Positions 17,025 to 30,020 of a DNA stretch of 64,000 nucleotides are shown in pieces. Where the stretch lies: NCBI RefSeq assembly GCF_009914755.1, contig NC_060928.1; one strand, written 5' to 3'. The notes below the pieces were generated by a model, which saw nothing but the letters and a program-made list of their open reading frames with translations, was not told the DNA's origin and made no database searches. Position numbers and translations under genes: made by a program. The DNA comes from the human T2T-CHM13v2.0 reference genome, Homo sapiens. How positions within the stretch are numbered: the first letter of the stretch is position 1; each line of letters begins with the position of its first letter.

Positions 17025-17200
17025 TAGGCTAAGACTCTGGTCCCCACTCTATACTTCCTAGTCATGTGATTATGCCAAGACAACTGGTCCAGTTTCTCTG
17101 AAGACTCTTATTTCTTCATTTGTCAAATGGGAAAATCAATACTTGTCTCCCTCATAGGATTTTGCTTGTGCAGTAAGAATATATATGTATGAAAGCACTT
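17025..17200 (+). mobile_element. MIR
   Basis: Core-like tttcttcatttgtcaaatgggaaaatcaatac...ataggatt...gaaagcactt. Confidence 0.7.
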
Positions 17201-17533
17201 TAAAGCTGAAATTTCCATTACAAATGGAAGGCGGTACTACAGTACCTAGCCCAGTGACTTGCTCAGCAAGTTACAATCTGTTGAATCAGCAAAAAGGAAA
17301 GGAATTCTTGACAACTGCAAATTTGAAAGGTAAATAAAGGAGAATGATGTTGCCAAATGATAACTCAATACTTACTTAAAAGTCTTCTGTGTTTGTATTT
17401 CAAAATTGGGCTATTATTTGTACAGTTTTGTGTACGGCTTTTTCACTTCATACTGTATCATAAACATTCCATGAAACCCTGATTTCTATTAATAACTACA
17501 GAGTGAATCAATATAAATTAATATTATTTATGA

Positions 17534-17818
17534 AGGCCGGACACAGTGGTTCACATCTGTAATCCCAGACCTTTGGGAGACTGAGGCAGGAAAACTGCTT
17601 GAGGCCAAGAGTTCAAGACCAGCCTGGGCAACATAGCGAGACCCTGTCTCTATAAAAATAATCTGGGCATAGTGGTACATGCCGGCATTCCCAGCTATGC
17701 AGCTGAAGCAGAAGGATTGCTGGAGCCCAGGAATTTAAGGTTACAGTGAGCTATGATCACACTACCACTGCATTTCAGCCTGAACTGAGTGACACCCTGT
17801 CACTAAAATTAAAAAAAT
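17534..17818 (+). mobile_element. AluJ
   Basis: Diverged Alu dimer. Confidence 0.9.
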
Positions 17819-18320
17819 ATATATAATATATGAATATGTGATACATGTCAATTAATTCATAAGTTGTTATACATTTTTAATTCATATGAATTACCCAAAA
17901 TACATCTGCCCTGTTGTTGGACATTTAGATTGTTCCCGTTTTTTATTATTACCTCTAATGCCATGACTAACATATGTCGACATAAATTTTTTCACATATC
18001 TGGTTATTTCTTCATGGAATTCTGTATGGAGAAATATCTGGAAATGTAATAATTAGGTTAATCTATATGAACACATGGTTTTGACACATATTACCAATTT
18101 TTCAGAACATTTATACCAAGTCATATTATAACCAAATTTATGAGTACCCATTTGTCCACCTGCAAACACAGAGAACTTTTTTGTAAAAAGTGTTTATTTT
18201 TATTTAAATTTAAACAGAAGAAAATTATGCACAAAAATGAAGAAATTGCTGAATCTCAGATACTGCTTCACAAAAAACAAGATTTCTTAGAGTTTCTTCT
18301 AGACTTTAAAAAGCAGTAAA

Positions 18321-18457
18321 CACCAGCCTGGGCAACATGGCAAAAACCCCATCTCTACAAAAAATAGAAAAATCAGCCGGGCATGGTGGTGCTCGCCACT
18401 GCACCTCCAGCCTTGGTGACAGAGTGAGACCCTGTCTCAAAACAAAAAACAAAAAAC
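18321..18457 (+). mobile_element. Internally deleted Alu fragment
   Basis: End of left arm and linker joined directly to the 3' end of the right arm. Confidence 0.85.
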
Positions 18458-19726
18458 ATACACACAAAAACCAATAAACAAAAACTTTAAGAGGTAGAGA
18501 TGTTTTAGTGGATGTAAATTTAAGTTTCAAGACAGTAGAACATGGCCAACATTTTTAGAAAAATCACAGACCACCACTCATCTCTTAAAGGAAAAAACAA
18601 CCTTTGATGGAGAAGATTAATATTTGTCAGTAAGTGAAAGTGGCATCAATCTTACAGTTCCATAAGGGTTTGATTTTTTCATATGGATCATTTGTGTTTT
18701 TTCTCTTACGAACTGTGCTGGTTCTTTTACTGATTAAAAGAAATATTTGTCTGGTTCAAGTTGGTGTTTGCATTTTGAAAAGAAAGAAACATCTAATACT
18801 ATTGGGGAAAGGGTCAACTCAAAGATGTACTTAAAACGACCAGTGGTCCCTTATCACATCATGTAAATCGTAAGAAGGTAAGGGCATGCCCTTGAAATGG
18901 CAGTATTATTATAAGCCACTTGAGCTCTACTGCATCCAGAGGGATGAAAAAATTGAATATGCTGCACCTTTCACCATGACCCTGCCAAATGGAGGAAGCA
19001 TTGGGAATATTTGGTCACCCAAGTAAGAGCTATGTTGAAAATTATAAGTTATTTTCTATTTATAAGTAATAGTTAAAAGACATCAGTAGCTTGGAAAACA
19101 AAACGGCTTTGAGAAATGCAATATTCCTTAAGCAATGGAGACAGCCAGTGCTCCCAGAAAATCCAAACGCCTATGAATTTCAACTCTAAAGAGATGTATT
19201 GAATGGTCATAGAGCTACTGCTGTCAACACAAATTGTTTTATTTATCCTGATCAGTCTATTAGCTTATCAAACAAATCTGAACATACCATTAAGTTGAAT
19301 GTGCAGTTGCAGGTTCAAAAGTTGTTCACTGTTGTCTGTTTAATCTGAGTCCAGTCTTTGAACTTAAGAAAAAACAAACTAGAAACACATGATGAAATTT
19401 TCTAATGCCTTATTTATTTTATCCTAGTCTGTTCTTTAAATGAAGAATACACATTTTTTTTCATTGGATCAAAGTATAAGATTTTAAAGGTTTGAAAAGC
19501 AGTCCTCCAAGTTTCATGCTGAGTTCAAAATAAAAATGTTTTCATGTTCAGGCCATTATATGTTGCCTGATTCATCTTGAAATCCCTTCCTTTGAATAAG
19601 ACCAAGCAAAATCTGTTCAGTCTTTGTATAAACCAAAGCCGTTTCTTGGTCAATAATTCTTTTTTACCATTAAGATTGCCAATACAATACATTCTGAGTA
19701 CATAACAATTTATATATCTATACATA

Positions 19727-20000
19727 TTTGTTTGTTTTGTTTGTTTGTTTTTTTGAGGCGTAGTCTCGTGCTGTCACCCAGGCTGGAGTGCAGTGGCGCG
19801 ATCTCCGCTCACTGCAACTCCGCCTCCCAGGTTCATGCCATTCTCCCACCTCAGCCTCCTGAGTAGCTGGGACTACAGACGCCTGACACCACACCCGGCT
19901 AATTTTGTTTTTGTATTTTTAGTAGAGACAGGGTTTCACCGTGTTAGCCAGGATGGTCTTGATCTCCTGACCTCGTGATCCGCCCACCTCGGCCTCCCAA
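19727..20000 (-). mobile_element. AluY-like, 5'-truncated
   Basis: Y-like ccgtgttagccaggatggtc; TSD acaatttatat. Confidence 0.92.
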
Positions 20001-20398
20001 CACAATTTATATTTTTGAAGGTCCTTTTATGTGTATTGTGCCATATGCTTCTCACATCAGCCCCAATAAATGCTTTAGGCGTTTTATATTATCTACCACT
20101 ATTACATGCTCTCCATCTCCAGACTACCCATTTCTGCCATTGCCCTCATAGGGGCCCATTCTGATAATTCTGGATATGTAGAAAAATAAATCCTGTTTAT
20201 GTGTTTAAATAAATAGATGTATACTATAGACCTTTCTTTTTCTTACAATGCTTTTATTAAGGTGTATTTCTTCTGCAGTGTGCAGCTCTAGTAAGTTACC
20301 CTGTTGATTGTGTAGCACTTCCTAGCATGCAGCCACATTTGACATAGTATCTATTACTATAGCGAATGGTTGGCCCTAATTCTATTTCAGAATCTTTG

Positions 20399-20700
20399 GG
20401 CTGGTCACGGTGGCTCAAGCCTGTAATCCTAGCACTTTGGGAGGCTGAGGTGGGTGGATCATTTGAGGCCAGGAATTAATGACCAGCCTGGCCAACATGG
20501 CGAAAACCCATCTCTACTAAAAATACAAAAAAGTAGCCAGGCGTGGTGGTGCATGCCTGTAGTTCCAGCTGCTCGGGAGGCTGAGGCAGGAGGATTGCTT
20601 GAACCCAGGAGGCAGAGGTTGGAGTGAGCCAAGATTGCACCACTGCACTACACTCCAGCCTGGGTGTCAGAGTGAGACTCTGTCTCAAAAAAAAAAAAAA
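20399..20700 (+). mobile_element. AluS
   Basis: Full dimer; TSD agaatctttg. Confidence 0.95.
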
Positions 20701-20704
20701 AGAA

Positions 20705-22380
20705 TCTTTGTAAATTCTCTTACTGACTTTTCATAAGTTTCTCGGTGGGTATATAACAGAAGTTGGAGTGCTGAATCCCAGGCATATACTCTACCCAGAA
20801 CCATCAGGTTGCCCTCCAGAATGACTGCACCAGCCTACGATTCCACTACATACATGAGAAAACTGGATTTAGCCATACTTTCACCAGCACTGGCACCACC
20901 TAGCTTCTTCATCTGTGCTAGATGGAATGTTTTAAAAGTGAGACCTCATTTTGCATATCTTAGATTCCTAATAAAGTTGAATATCCATCCCCTCAACTAG
21001 TCATTAGTCATTAGGGTTTCTCTTTGTAAATTACCTATCAAACCTTTAAAATCTTGCAATTCGATCTAATGGGAAACAAGTATGTTTCTGTTTATTGCCT
21101 ATTTCTCTGCTGGTCAAGGTCTTTTTATCGTTTGTTACAAGTTTCTTGTATTGTTTAAATATTAATCCCTTATCAGTTTGGACCCTGTTAATATCTCTTA
21201 TCCACCTGATAACTTGCCAATGTTTCCCTCATTTTTACATAGAAAAATTCATCAATGTTTTTGCCGCATTGTTTTGGGGGTCTTCAAGAGACCATGAGGT
21301 CACACAATTTTTATTTATTAAACTTATGGTTTTATCTTTCACATTTAATGTTTTAAATTTGTATAAAAGGTCTGTAGGTATTTTTGTCCACATAATGAGC
21401 CAGTTTTATCAACACTCTATTAAAAAAGTCGTTTTACCTTAGTAGCTCATGATGTCAATATATTTCAGATTCATGCATATATGTGCCTGTTTTTGAACAC
21501 TTTATCCCGTTCTGCTGATCTAGGATTGTTCCTGTACAATGACTTCTATGACTATATCTTTGTAGTATGTCTTCAGATGTGGTGAGGTGATGCCTCTCTG
21601 GGTTTATTTTTTGTTTTGCAAAATCGGACTAAGCTATTTTTGTGAATCATTTTTTTCCATATAAATGTTAAAATAAGTTTGATGGGTTCCTTAGAGGAAA
21701 AAGAGGGAAAAGTCTCATTGAAATTTAATTTGAATTGCGTTGAATATATTGGTTTGAGGAGAATTGACATCTTTACAATATCAGAAACATGATAATGCAC
21801 CCTTTATTCAGATCTTCCATCATGTCCTTTAAAAGGTCCGTCAAGACCTTTAAAATTCCTTAAAGATCTTATGCATTGTTTAATATGAATGGTCTTATTG
21901 CTACTATAGCTTTACTGTTTTATGGTTTTATTGCTATGATGAACAGAATCTTCTCTTTCATTATTGTTTCTAGTTGGTTATTGCTATTATAAAGGAAATT
22001 AATTTACTAATTTTTAAATAAATTAATCTTATATTCAGCACACTTGTTGAAGTTTTTTACTAGCTCTGGTTCTGTGTTTCTTTAGGTTTTCTTTTCTTTT
22101 TCTTTCTTTTTTTGTAGAGACAGGGTCTCACTCTGTTGCCCAAGCTGGAGTGCAGTGGTGATCACAGCTCACTGCAGCCTCAAACTCCGGGTCTCAAGTG
22201 ATCCTCCTGCCTCAGCATCTCACAGTGCTGGATTAGCAGGCGTGAGCCACCGCACCTGGCCTTCTTTAGGTTTTCTATGTAGAAGACCATCTCATCTGTA
22301 AATAAGGACAGTACCATGCTAGAGAGAGGCAGCCAAAGTAGACATGTTTATTTCTCGTCTTAATGAGAATGTGTTTTAGT
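20705..22380 (-). mobile_element. Ancient L1M ORF2/3' fragments
   Basis: Minus-strand peptide IVKMSILLKPIY (cf. L1 ORF2 IVKMAILPKVIY) at 21573-21800. Confidence 0.7.
22086..22262 (-). mobile_element. Alu monomer (FAM/FRAM-like)
   Basis: Reverse monomeric Alu; TSD tctttaggttttct. Confidence 0.88.
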
Positions 22381-22384
22381 TTGT

Positions 22385-22790
22385 GTTTCTCTGAAAGAAG
22401 AGATAAGACAAGCACTTTGGGTTCAAGTATTTCATAGTTTATTTGGGAGGTGATATTCAAAAACTGGAGTAGGGAACAAAGTAACACAAAAAAGGAGGAA
22501 ATGCCAGGACGCCGGTGTGTTTCCTAAGCAGCAGGGCCTCAGCTCCTCCTCTGGGAACATGACAGAATGCCCCCGTCTGAAGAACTAAGGCTGGGTCATT
22601 TGCCCACTGGCCCCAATCCCTACTGGTTGAGGGGTGCTCCTGGGATGTTACCAGGCTACACCTGCACACAAGGTGAGCTTCTTTCAGCTTTGGAGAAAGC
22701 CCAGGAGCAGAAAGTGAAGAGATGTGTGGTGCAGGGGTGGGATGCTAAGATCTGAGCTCACATGAACTGTCCACCAGAGCTGCAACCAAA
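22385..22790 (-). mobile_element. LTR33-like ERVL LTR, probably followed by degraded ERVL internal fragments to ~24570
   Basis: tagtttatttgggaggtgat...ccactggccccaatccctactggttgagggg motifs; family recalled from memory. Confidence 0.55.
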
Positions 22791-23483
22791 ATCAGATAGG
22801 AGACAGCAATGAAAGTGTCTACTTCAGTCCACCCCTTGCACCATTCAGATCCACTCATGCACACCCTGGACTTTTTGAGGGAGAGGCCAGCTGTAATCTC
22901 TAGGTAACACAATATAGGAATGGAACTACCTAGTCCCCATTGTTGCCACTGGTCACACAGCTGTAGTAATAACTTCACCCTCTAATGTCCTTCCAGGAGC
23001 TCCCTCGCTGTCGGCTGGTACTTCAACTGTACTAAGCTGCTTGCCTGGTGCGCTGATCTGAACCTTCAATCTCGAGGGCTCAGAGCCCTTGGTTACCTTG
23101 CCCTTACAGAGCCGTGGAGCATGGAAACACTGAGTTATCTCTGTGAAATCTCTGCCCAATTATGTAGCAGTAACCCCAGCCTCTCAGGATGACAAACACA
23201 TCTCCTTTCTCTGCCTGCTCTTCCACAGGTGTGGAAATCCCAGAGACCACGTGGCAGGCAGTATCAGACTCAGTGGAACCCTCACTGTACTTCCAGGTTG
23301 GACACGTCCTCCTACTTTTTAAGTCCAGGGCATCTAAACGGGCAGAGTCTAAAGCTGCAGAAACAGGAGTGTAAATTCTAAAGAGGGGTTAATGGGAATG
23401 ATATTGAGAGAAGCGAATATTGCTTGATTGATGGACCTGTGTATTCTAACTGTTGGAAGCAGGCAGGAACTACTCGTTTAATG

Positions 23484-23698
23484 TAGGGATCTGCAAACTT
23501 AACACACAGGACCGATAATAACTATTTTAGGCTTTGTAGGTCATAATGGTCTTTGGTGCAACCACTTTGCCATCATAGGGCAAAAACAGCCACAAACACT
23601 ACAAAGGTGAATGAGCATGGCCGTGTTCCAATAAAGCTGCATTTTCAAAAGCAGACAGTGGGCTAGATTTGGCTGGCAAGCCAGTTTGTTGAACTCTG
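23484..23698 (+). mobile_element. MER58A (hAT-Charlie MITE)
   Basis: attttaggctttgtagg...atggccgtgttccaataaagct...gatttggc...agtttgttgaactctg. Confidence 0.8.
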
Positions 23699-23809
23699 GC
23701 TCAATCCATACAACACATGCTGGAGGATGGTGCCTCAGTTTCCACTGAGGGCATCACCCATGAACTGCCACTAGCATGATGCTTATGACCAGTCATGTCC
23801 TGTGGAATA

Positions 23810-24000
23810 TAACAGTAATAGCTAAAAATGTATTGAGCAGGTCCTATGACCAGGTACTTCTAGGCACTTTACATGTAGCATCTTATGTAATTTCCATACC
23901 CCGATCGTGGTAGATACTATTAGAATCCCTATTTTGTGGGTAAGAACATTATAGATTACCCTCTCTAGTCCATCAGGGTTACAGACCTGGTAAGTAAAGG
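23810..24000 (-). mobile_element. MIR
   Basis: tattgagca...ctaggcactttacatg...ggtagatactattagaatccctatttt. Confidence 0.7.
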
Positions 24001-24572
24001 ATGACAAGAGGAGGAGAACTGGGGAATCTTGCCTGGGCTTGACTTAGGACTTTTCAACTTTGCAATGGTATGAAAGCCACACGCATTCAGTAGTACCATA
24101 CTTTGAGTACCATACCACCATTCTCTTTTTCACATTCAGTATTCAATGAATTAGAGATTAGCTGTAGAGATAAAAAGGCCCCATTTTTGCCTCACAGCTC
24201 TTACAACTCCTTAGCTTCCACTGACACCCACTGCACCCATTCTGGCTTATGCATAGGGCATTTTCCAAAGTAACCCACCTCAGGATTGGTCAAGATGCCC
24301 CTGATAATACTGCAGTATTTTCCAAATCTTATCAAGGAAATAATCTGTGTGACCTCTGGCCGGTTGCAGTCTCTGAAACACAGGTTTCCCCATTTGGAAA
24401 ATGAAAAAGATGAAACAGCTTGAGGTTTTCCAAACAGCACACCGCCAAGCCTCTCATCATTGAGCTGATGCTTCAGAATTTGGTGCCTGACAAAGGGAGC
24501 CAAGTGAGAGCCCGCATCCTCACTTTGATCAAAGCAGCACCACTTCCAAGTGTCATTTAGCAGAGGCCCATA

Positions 24573-24911
24573 TACAAATGGTCTCCGAATTGCGAGGGCT
24601 TGACTTAGGGCTTTTTAACTTTGCAATGGTACAAAAGCCATGCACATTCAGTAGAACTAGACTTTGAGTATCATACCAACATTCTGTTTTTCACTTTCAG
24701 TATTCAATAGATTACAGAGATATTCAACACTTTAATATAAAATCGGCTTTGTGTTAGGGGATTTTGAACTGCAGGGTATGTCAGTGTCCTGAGCGCATTT
24801 TTAGGCTAGGCTAAGCTATCATATTCTGTAGGTTCGATGCATTAAGTGTATTTTTGACTTACAATATGGGTTTACCGGAAGGTAACGCCATCGTAAGTCG
24901 AGGACCATCTG
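24573..24911 (-). mobile_element. MER47A (Tigger5-derived) DNA element
   Basis: TA-flanked; ends ccatcgtaagtcgaggaccatctg, with a degenerate inverted copy at the start. Confidence 0.8.
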
Positions 24912-25307
24912 TACGCTGTTCTATGGGGCTCAGGGGTGGAAGGATGACTCTGCAGCTAAAAAATGATCTGAAGATCAGGTGATGTTAATGGGCTCACTTA
25001 GTTCTACTTGTGCTTCTGATATTTAGGTGGATACAAAATACAACGCATGGCTTTGAACGCAACAGTTACCCAGTGATTGAATGAAGATCAAATTATAACA
25101 ATGGAAGTTAGTGAGCCTTAACTTCTTATTGCAATCCTAAGTAGGTGCTATATTTCCCAAAGAATTACCTAGAATTTCCAGCTTACCTCTGACACAAGGG
25201 AGAAAAAAGGTAATACTTTCCTTCCTATTATAGGCATTCTAGATGACCACTGATTCTTATCAGGAAAGCTCTGGAAATTCCACCCTATGTAATCACAAAG
25301 AAATGTG

Positions 25308-25527
<220 letters not shown>

Positions 25528-26076
25528 ATTTGAAGGTTTATAGTTTAGAAAACAAGAGTTACTTTGATTTAGAGTATCATTTTGTTCATATTGCTAAGTG
25601 GAGGGAAAAAAGTAGTCTACAAGTCAACATGCAAGTCAACCATTTATTTAAAGTATGTATACAAACAGGCTGCAAGCCACATGGTAGCTATGTCTGGTGG
25701 GGTTCAAGGCCAGGATCTTTAGTCCACAGAAGATAAACACAAGCCCACAAGGGTGGGACACTGCTATCTCCTGCATTGTCTTGGTGAAGGTGAGCTGGAG
25801 CAACTATTCAGGTTAGCTTGACACACAAATCCCTATGGATGTCATAGACATTGTTGCGTTGGTCTTAAATCCCAATTCTGTGTTTACCAAGGAACCCTCT
25901 GATCTCAGTTTCACACCTGAGACAATAATGTAACAAGATAATGTCCACATTAACACTTTACTATTTTAATGAGCAATTTGGTGCTCTGGGTTACAGATCC
26001 TTGGTGGGATCACTGGTGTGAATTGATTACTCAGAGAATAGCCACGCTTTTGGATGCACTAAAAAGAAAAATTCCA

Positions 26077-26365
26077 GGCCAAGTGTGGTCTTAACACCTG
26101 TAATCCCAGCACTTTGGGAGGCTGAGGTGGGTGGATCACCTGAGGCCAGGAGTTTGAGACCAGCCTGGCCAACATGGTGTAACCTCGTCTTTACTAAAAA
26201 TACAAAAATTAGCTAGGCGTGGTGGCACACACCTGTAGTCCCAGCTACTCAGGAGGCTGAGGCAGGGGAATCACCTGAACCTGGGAGGCTGAGGTTGCGG
26301 TAAGCCAAGATCGCACCACTGCACTCCAGCCTGAGACAGAGTGAGACTCTGTCTCAAAAACAAAC
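26077..26365 (+). mobile_element. AluS
   Basis: Full dimer. Confidence 0.95.
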
Positions 26366-26756
26366 AATTCCTGAACATGAAAAAAAAAAAAAAAAAAAAA
26401 AAAGACAGTCTCCCCCACAAGCCCTGAGGCCAGAAGGTTCCATCTCAACTGATATCAGCCTCTCTTACCCCTCTTACCACACTAACTGCCACCACACAGG
26501 ACTGAGTGTACTCAGAACAACCTTGAAACTAATGCCAGATGCAGAAACCCACTTTTCGCCTTTTGTCAAAGCAGGGCAGAGAGGTAGGGGAGAGAATGAA
26601 GTATCAGGAAGCACTGTGTTTGTTCTATTAAGGAGAAACAGGATTTCAATATAATATCTTGAAAATTAAAATTACAACAAATTTCTTAGAACTTTGGTTT
26701 ATCAGCATATTAGCATATTGACACAGTCTCACATGAAGCAGGAACAACTGTCTACA

Positions 26757-26966
26757 GGAGGTATCTCTGCAAATGATGGCCTCTGGGCCAGATCTGGTGT
26801 TCCTTGGCTGTGATGTACAGCCCCCCTGCTAAGTAGAGTTTTTACATTGCTGAGAAATGGTTTTTAACTTTTTTTATAAAGTTGTTTTTTAAAAGAGGCA
26901 AATAGCAAAAAAAAGACCCTGAGAGAGAAAGTATCAGGCCCTTCTCAGAAAGTTTGTCAACCCCTG
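26757..26966 (+). mobile_element. hAT-Charlie MITE (MER58/MER3-like)
   Basis: gcaaatgatggcctctgggccagatctgg ... agaaagtttgtcaacccctg terminal motifs. Confidence 0.6.
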
Positions 26967-28043
26967 GTTTACAGGAATAATGAACTCTCCTCCGTCCTGC
27001 CTCCACCAACCAAAACAAAGTCTTAAAAAAAAAAATACACAAGACCAACCAGAAGCACAGGTGGAAAGATGACTTTTTGAACAAAAGACTACCCTCCCCT
27101 CCTTGATCTTAGCAACTTTAGTCTGAATTTGCATGACAGAAAATTCAAATTTTTGTAATAAATCAAAATAAATAAATTATAGGGTTGCACTGAGAAATTT
27201 AGTGGACATTGAAAAAGTCAAATTGGCTGGCTGCTCTTCTTGAAGGTAGTTGAAAAAAAAACAATTTAATGTAAATATCCATGCATGCACAGAACTTTAA
27301 AGGTAGAAGAAACTCTCATTTTACAGATGCATAAAGGAATTTGGGGAATGTAAGGTTCTATGAAAACAAAGAACATGAAATGAAAAAAAAAGTATTAAGA
27401 ATTACTTAGTCCTTTTGATATCCATGTGAGGTAGGGAGAGCAATATTCCCAGCATAAGCACAAAAATCATCAAGCCAGGACACTAAAAATAATTAAAGAG
27501 ATGGATATAATTACATAACTTTGAAAACATGTATTTCTTGATTGCATATTTGCTTTATGTCTATATTGATAGACATAGAAGATGTATTTACTCAAACCTT
27601 ATTTTTTAAATATCTTTCAGAATGCACCATAAGAAACTTGTTTGGATTATATTTTTGTGCATGCACAAAAAAAGGGCTGCAATATGAAGTATTTTTTTTT
27701 TTACTATGAATACCAGACAAAAGTTTTTAAAACACTGTAATGACCTGCAGGTGTTGTCAAGCCAATGACCTGTTATAATCCTACTGCTACATCCAAAAGA
27801 AAAGTTCTTTAGACACAGTACAGTGAGGTATCATAAAACAGTATATATTGCCACTAAAGAATGCAAAGCAATATAGATAGTATACATTTATAGTATAAAC
27901 AGTATAAATAGCAACTTATATTCATTTAACTGAGATTTCTTTTATGTTAAACCACATTAATTCGTCTCCATTATAGATTAGTTCTGACATCCAGGAAAAT
28001 AAAATCAAAAGAATATATATATATAAAAAAACATAAAATGAGC

Positions 28044-28694
28044 ACATAAAATTTACCATCTTAACCATTTTAAAATTAAGGAACTTTTTTAAAGTGTGGT
28101 TTATTTTCTTATAAAGTAGAAATTTACTTAAGGATATACATACCCATATATAAGATATAAATTATATATACATTATATATATAATTATATAGATAGAAAT
28201 TATATATAGGATATAATATATAGAGAGGATATAAAAATACAGAGAATATATATAATATATAGGGTACATATAATATATATGGATATCTATATCCTTAAGT
28301 ACATTTCTACTTTATAAGAAAATAAACCGTACTTTAAAAAAAGTTCCTGGCCAGGCGCGCTGGCTCAGGCCTGTAATCCCAGCACTTTGGGAGGCCGAAG
28401 CGGGTGGATCACGAGGTCAGGAGATGGAGACCATCCTGACTAACACAGTGAAACCCTGTCTCTACTAAAAATACAAAAAAAAAAAATTAGCCGGGCGTGG
28501 TAGCGGGAGCCTGTAGTCCCAGCCATTACAGGCTGAGGCAGGAGAATGGCATGAACCCGGGAGGCGGAGCTTGCAGTGAGCCGAGATCGCGCCACTGCAC
28601 CACAGCCTGGGCGACAAAGCGAGACTCTATCTCAAAAAAAAAAAAAAAAAAAAAGTCCTTAATTTTAAAATGGTTAAGATGGTAAATTTTATGT
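28044..28694. repeat. AT-rich long inverted repeat (arms 28044-28152 and 28274-28348 + 28654-28694), split by an AluY
   Basis: Reverse complement of the left arm matches the rejoined right arm with only a handful of mismatches over ~110 bp. Confidence 0.92.
28349..28654 (+). mobile_element. AluY
   Basis: Y diagnostics (gatcacgaggtc, ggagcttgcagtgagccgagatcgcgcc); TSD aaaaaaagt(t)cct. Confidence 0.95.
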
Positions 28695-28781
28695 TATCTG
28701 GTTCCTACCACAACAAAAGCATATAAAGGTAATTTTAATATAAAAAAAGAATACATAAAATAGGATATAATTAAATTCTCA

Positions 28782-28787
28782 TTTATT
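28782..28787 (-). terminator. ABCG2: ABCG2 distal poly(A) signal
   Basis: AATAAA on the minus strand; position fits the recalled ~2 kb UTR length. Confidence 0.75.
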
Positions 28788-29219
28788 TAAAAAGTTAATA
28801 ATTGTGGCTGTTTTGTTTCTTTTGAAGTATATTTTGTGTAAAAAGTATAGATAGATATTTCTCTCTGTGTAATAAGGGAAGGGTATATATAGAGAACTGT
28901 AAGGGACAGGTATGTGAAAAGCAGGAATTATACCAAGAACAGGAAAAACTGATTAATCTTCCTGATCACATAACCAAGAAAAAAGATAATGTGTTCCAAG
29001 ATGACGCATTAATCAAATGTCATCCAAAAAGAAAAAAGTTCAAAGATAAAAATATAATGCCATGTTCCCAAATTGATGTTGTGACAGAATGTCAGGGCAC
29101 CCACTGACAAACTAAATGAATTCCAAGATGACCAGTGTCAGGGCGTCTATACACCATGATGCCCCAGCTCAGTTAACTCCTGTAAGTGCTGAAAAGTATT
29201 TACTTTTAAAAAAGAGGGC

Positions 29220-29482
29220 TAGATGAAATGTGGTCTCCTGAATTGAATCCTAGAACAATGAAAGAATATTAGTGGAAAAGTGGTGAAATCTGAATATTGT
29301 GTGCAGTTTAATTAACAGTGATTGTACCAATGTTAACTTGTTAGCTTTGACAAATGCATCTTGCTATATAAAATGTTAACATTAAGGGAAGCTGAGCAAA
29401 GAGTAGACAGGAACTTTCCTCACTATCTTTGCAACTTTTCTGTCAATCTAAAATTATTTCCAAATTAAAAGTTTATTAAAAA
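29220..29482 (+). mobile_element. L1MC/MD/ME-type 3' end inside the ABCG2 3' UTR
   Basis: gtaccaatgttaac...ctatctttgcaacttttctgtcaatctaaaattatttccaaattaaaagtt. Confidence 0.75.
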
Positions 29483-29879
29483 GTGGGGAGATAATTAAGT
29501 ATCAACCTATGCACACAGAAACACAACACTTGGCTGTAGCAATGTTCTCATAACAGCAACAGAGGGAAATACATCAAGTGTCATTTCAAAAATAACCCAG
29601 GGGTAAGGAAGGAAGTAGTGACTGGGAGAATGGCTGAGTAGGCTTTTGTGTGCTACAATCTTCTATTTCTTGACCTGAATTGATGGTTGCACATGTGTGT
29701 TCATTTTAATTCACTGAACTATATTTTTTGGTACATTACCCTTCAACTAAAAAAATAAAATTAAAACATTTCCCTATTACTGATGAAGGTTAGAATGAAG
29801 AGAACATAAGGTATATAAGTAGGAAAGAAAACCTATGTAGGGACAGATGTTAATAGTTATTAAATCCTAAGTAAAATTT

Positions 29880-30020
29880 TCAGAACTTGGAAATTACCAA
29901 ATCCAGGAGTGGTCAGATTCCTTTATGAAGGTAGATCTGGAGCTACTTAGGCCAGATTTTTGTATTTTAGCAAAGTTCCTCAGATGATTCTGACGCACAC
30001 CTGGATTATAAACCACTAAA
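29880..30020. mobile_element. MER5-like DNA element fragment
   Basis: tgtattttagcaaagttcctcagatgattctgacgcac...aaaccact. Confidence 0.55.

Noticed and set aside
26379-26403. Isolated A25 tract as the tail of a processed pseudogene
   Set aside because: No mRNA-like body, poly(A) signal or TSD is recognisable; it lies just after an Alu tail.
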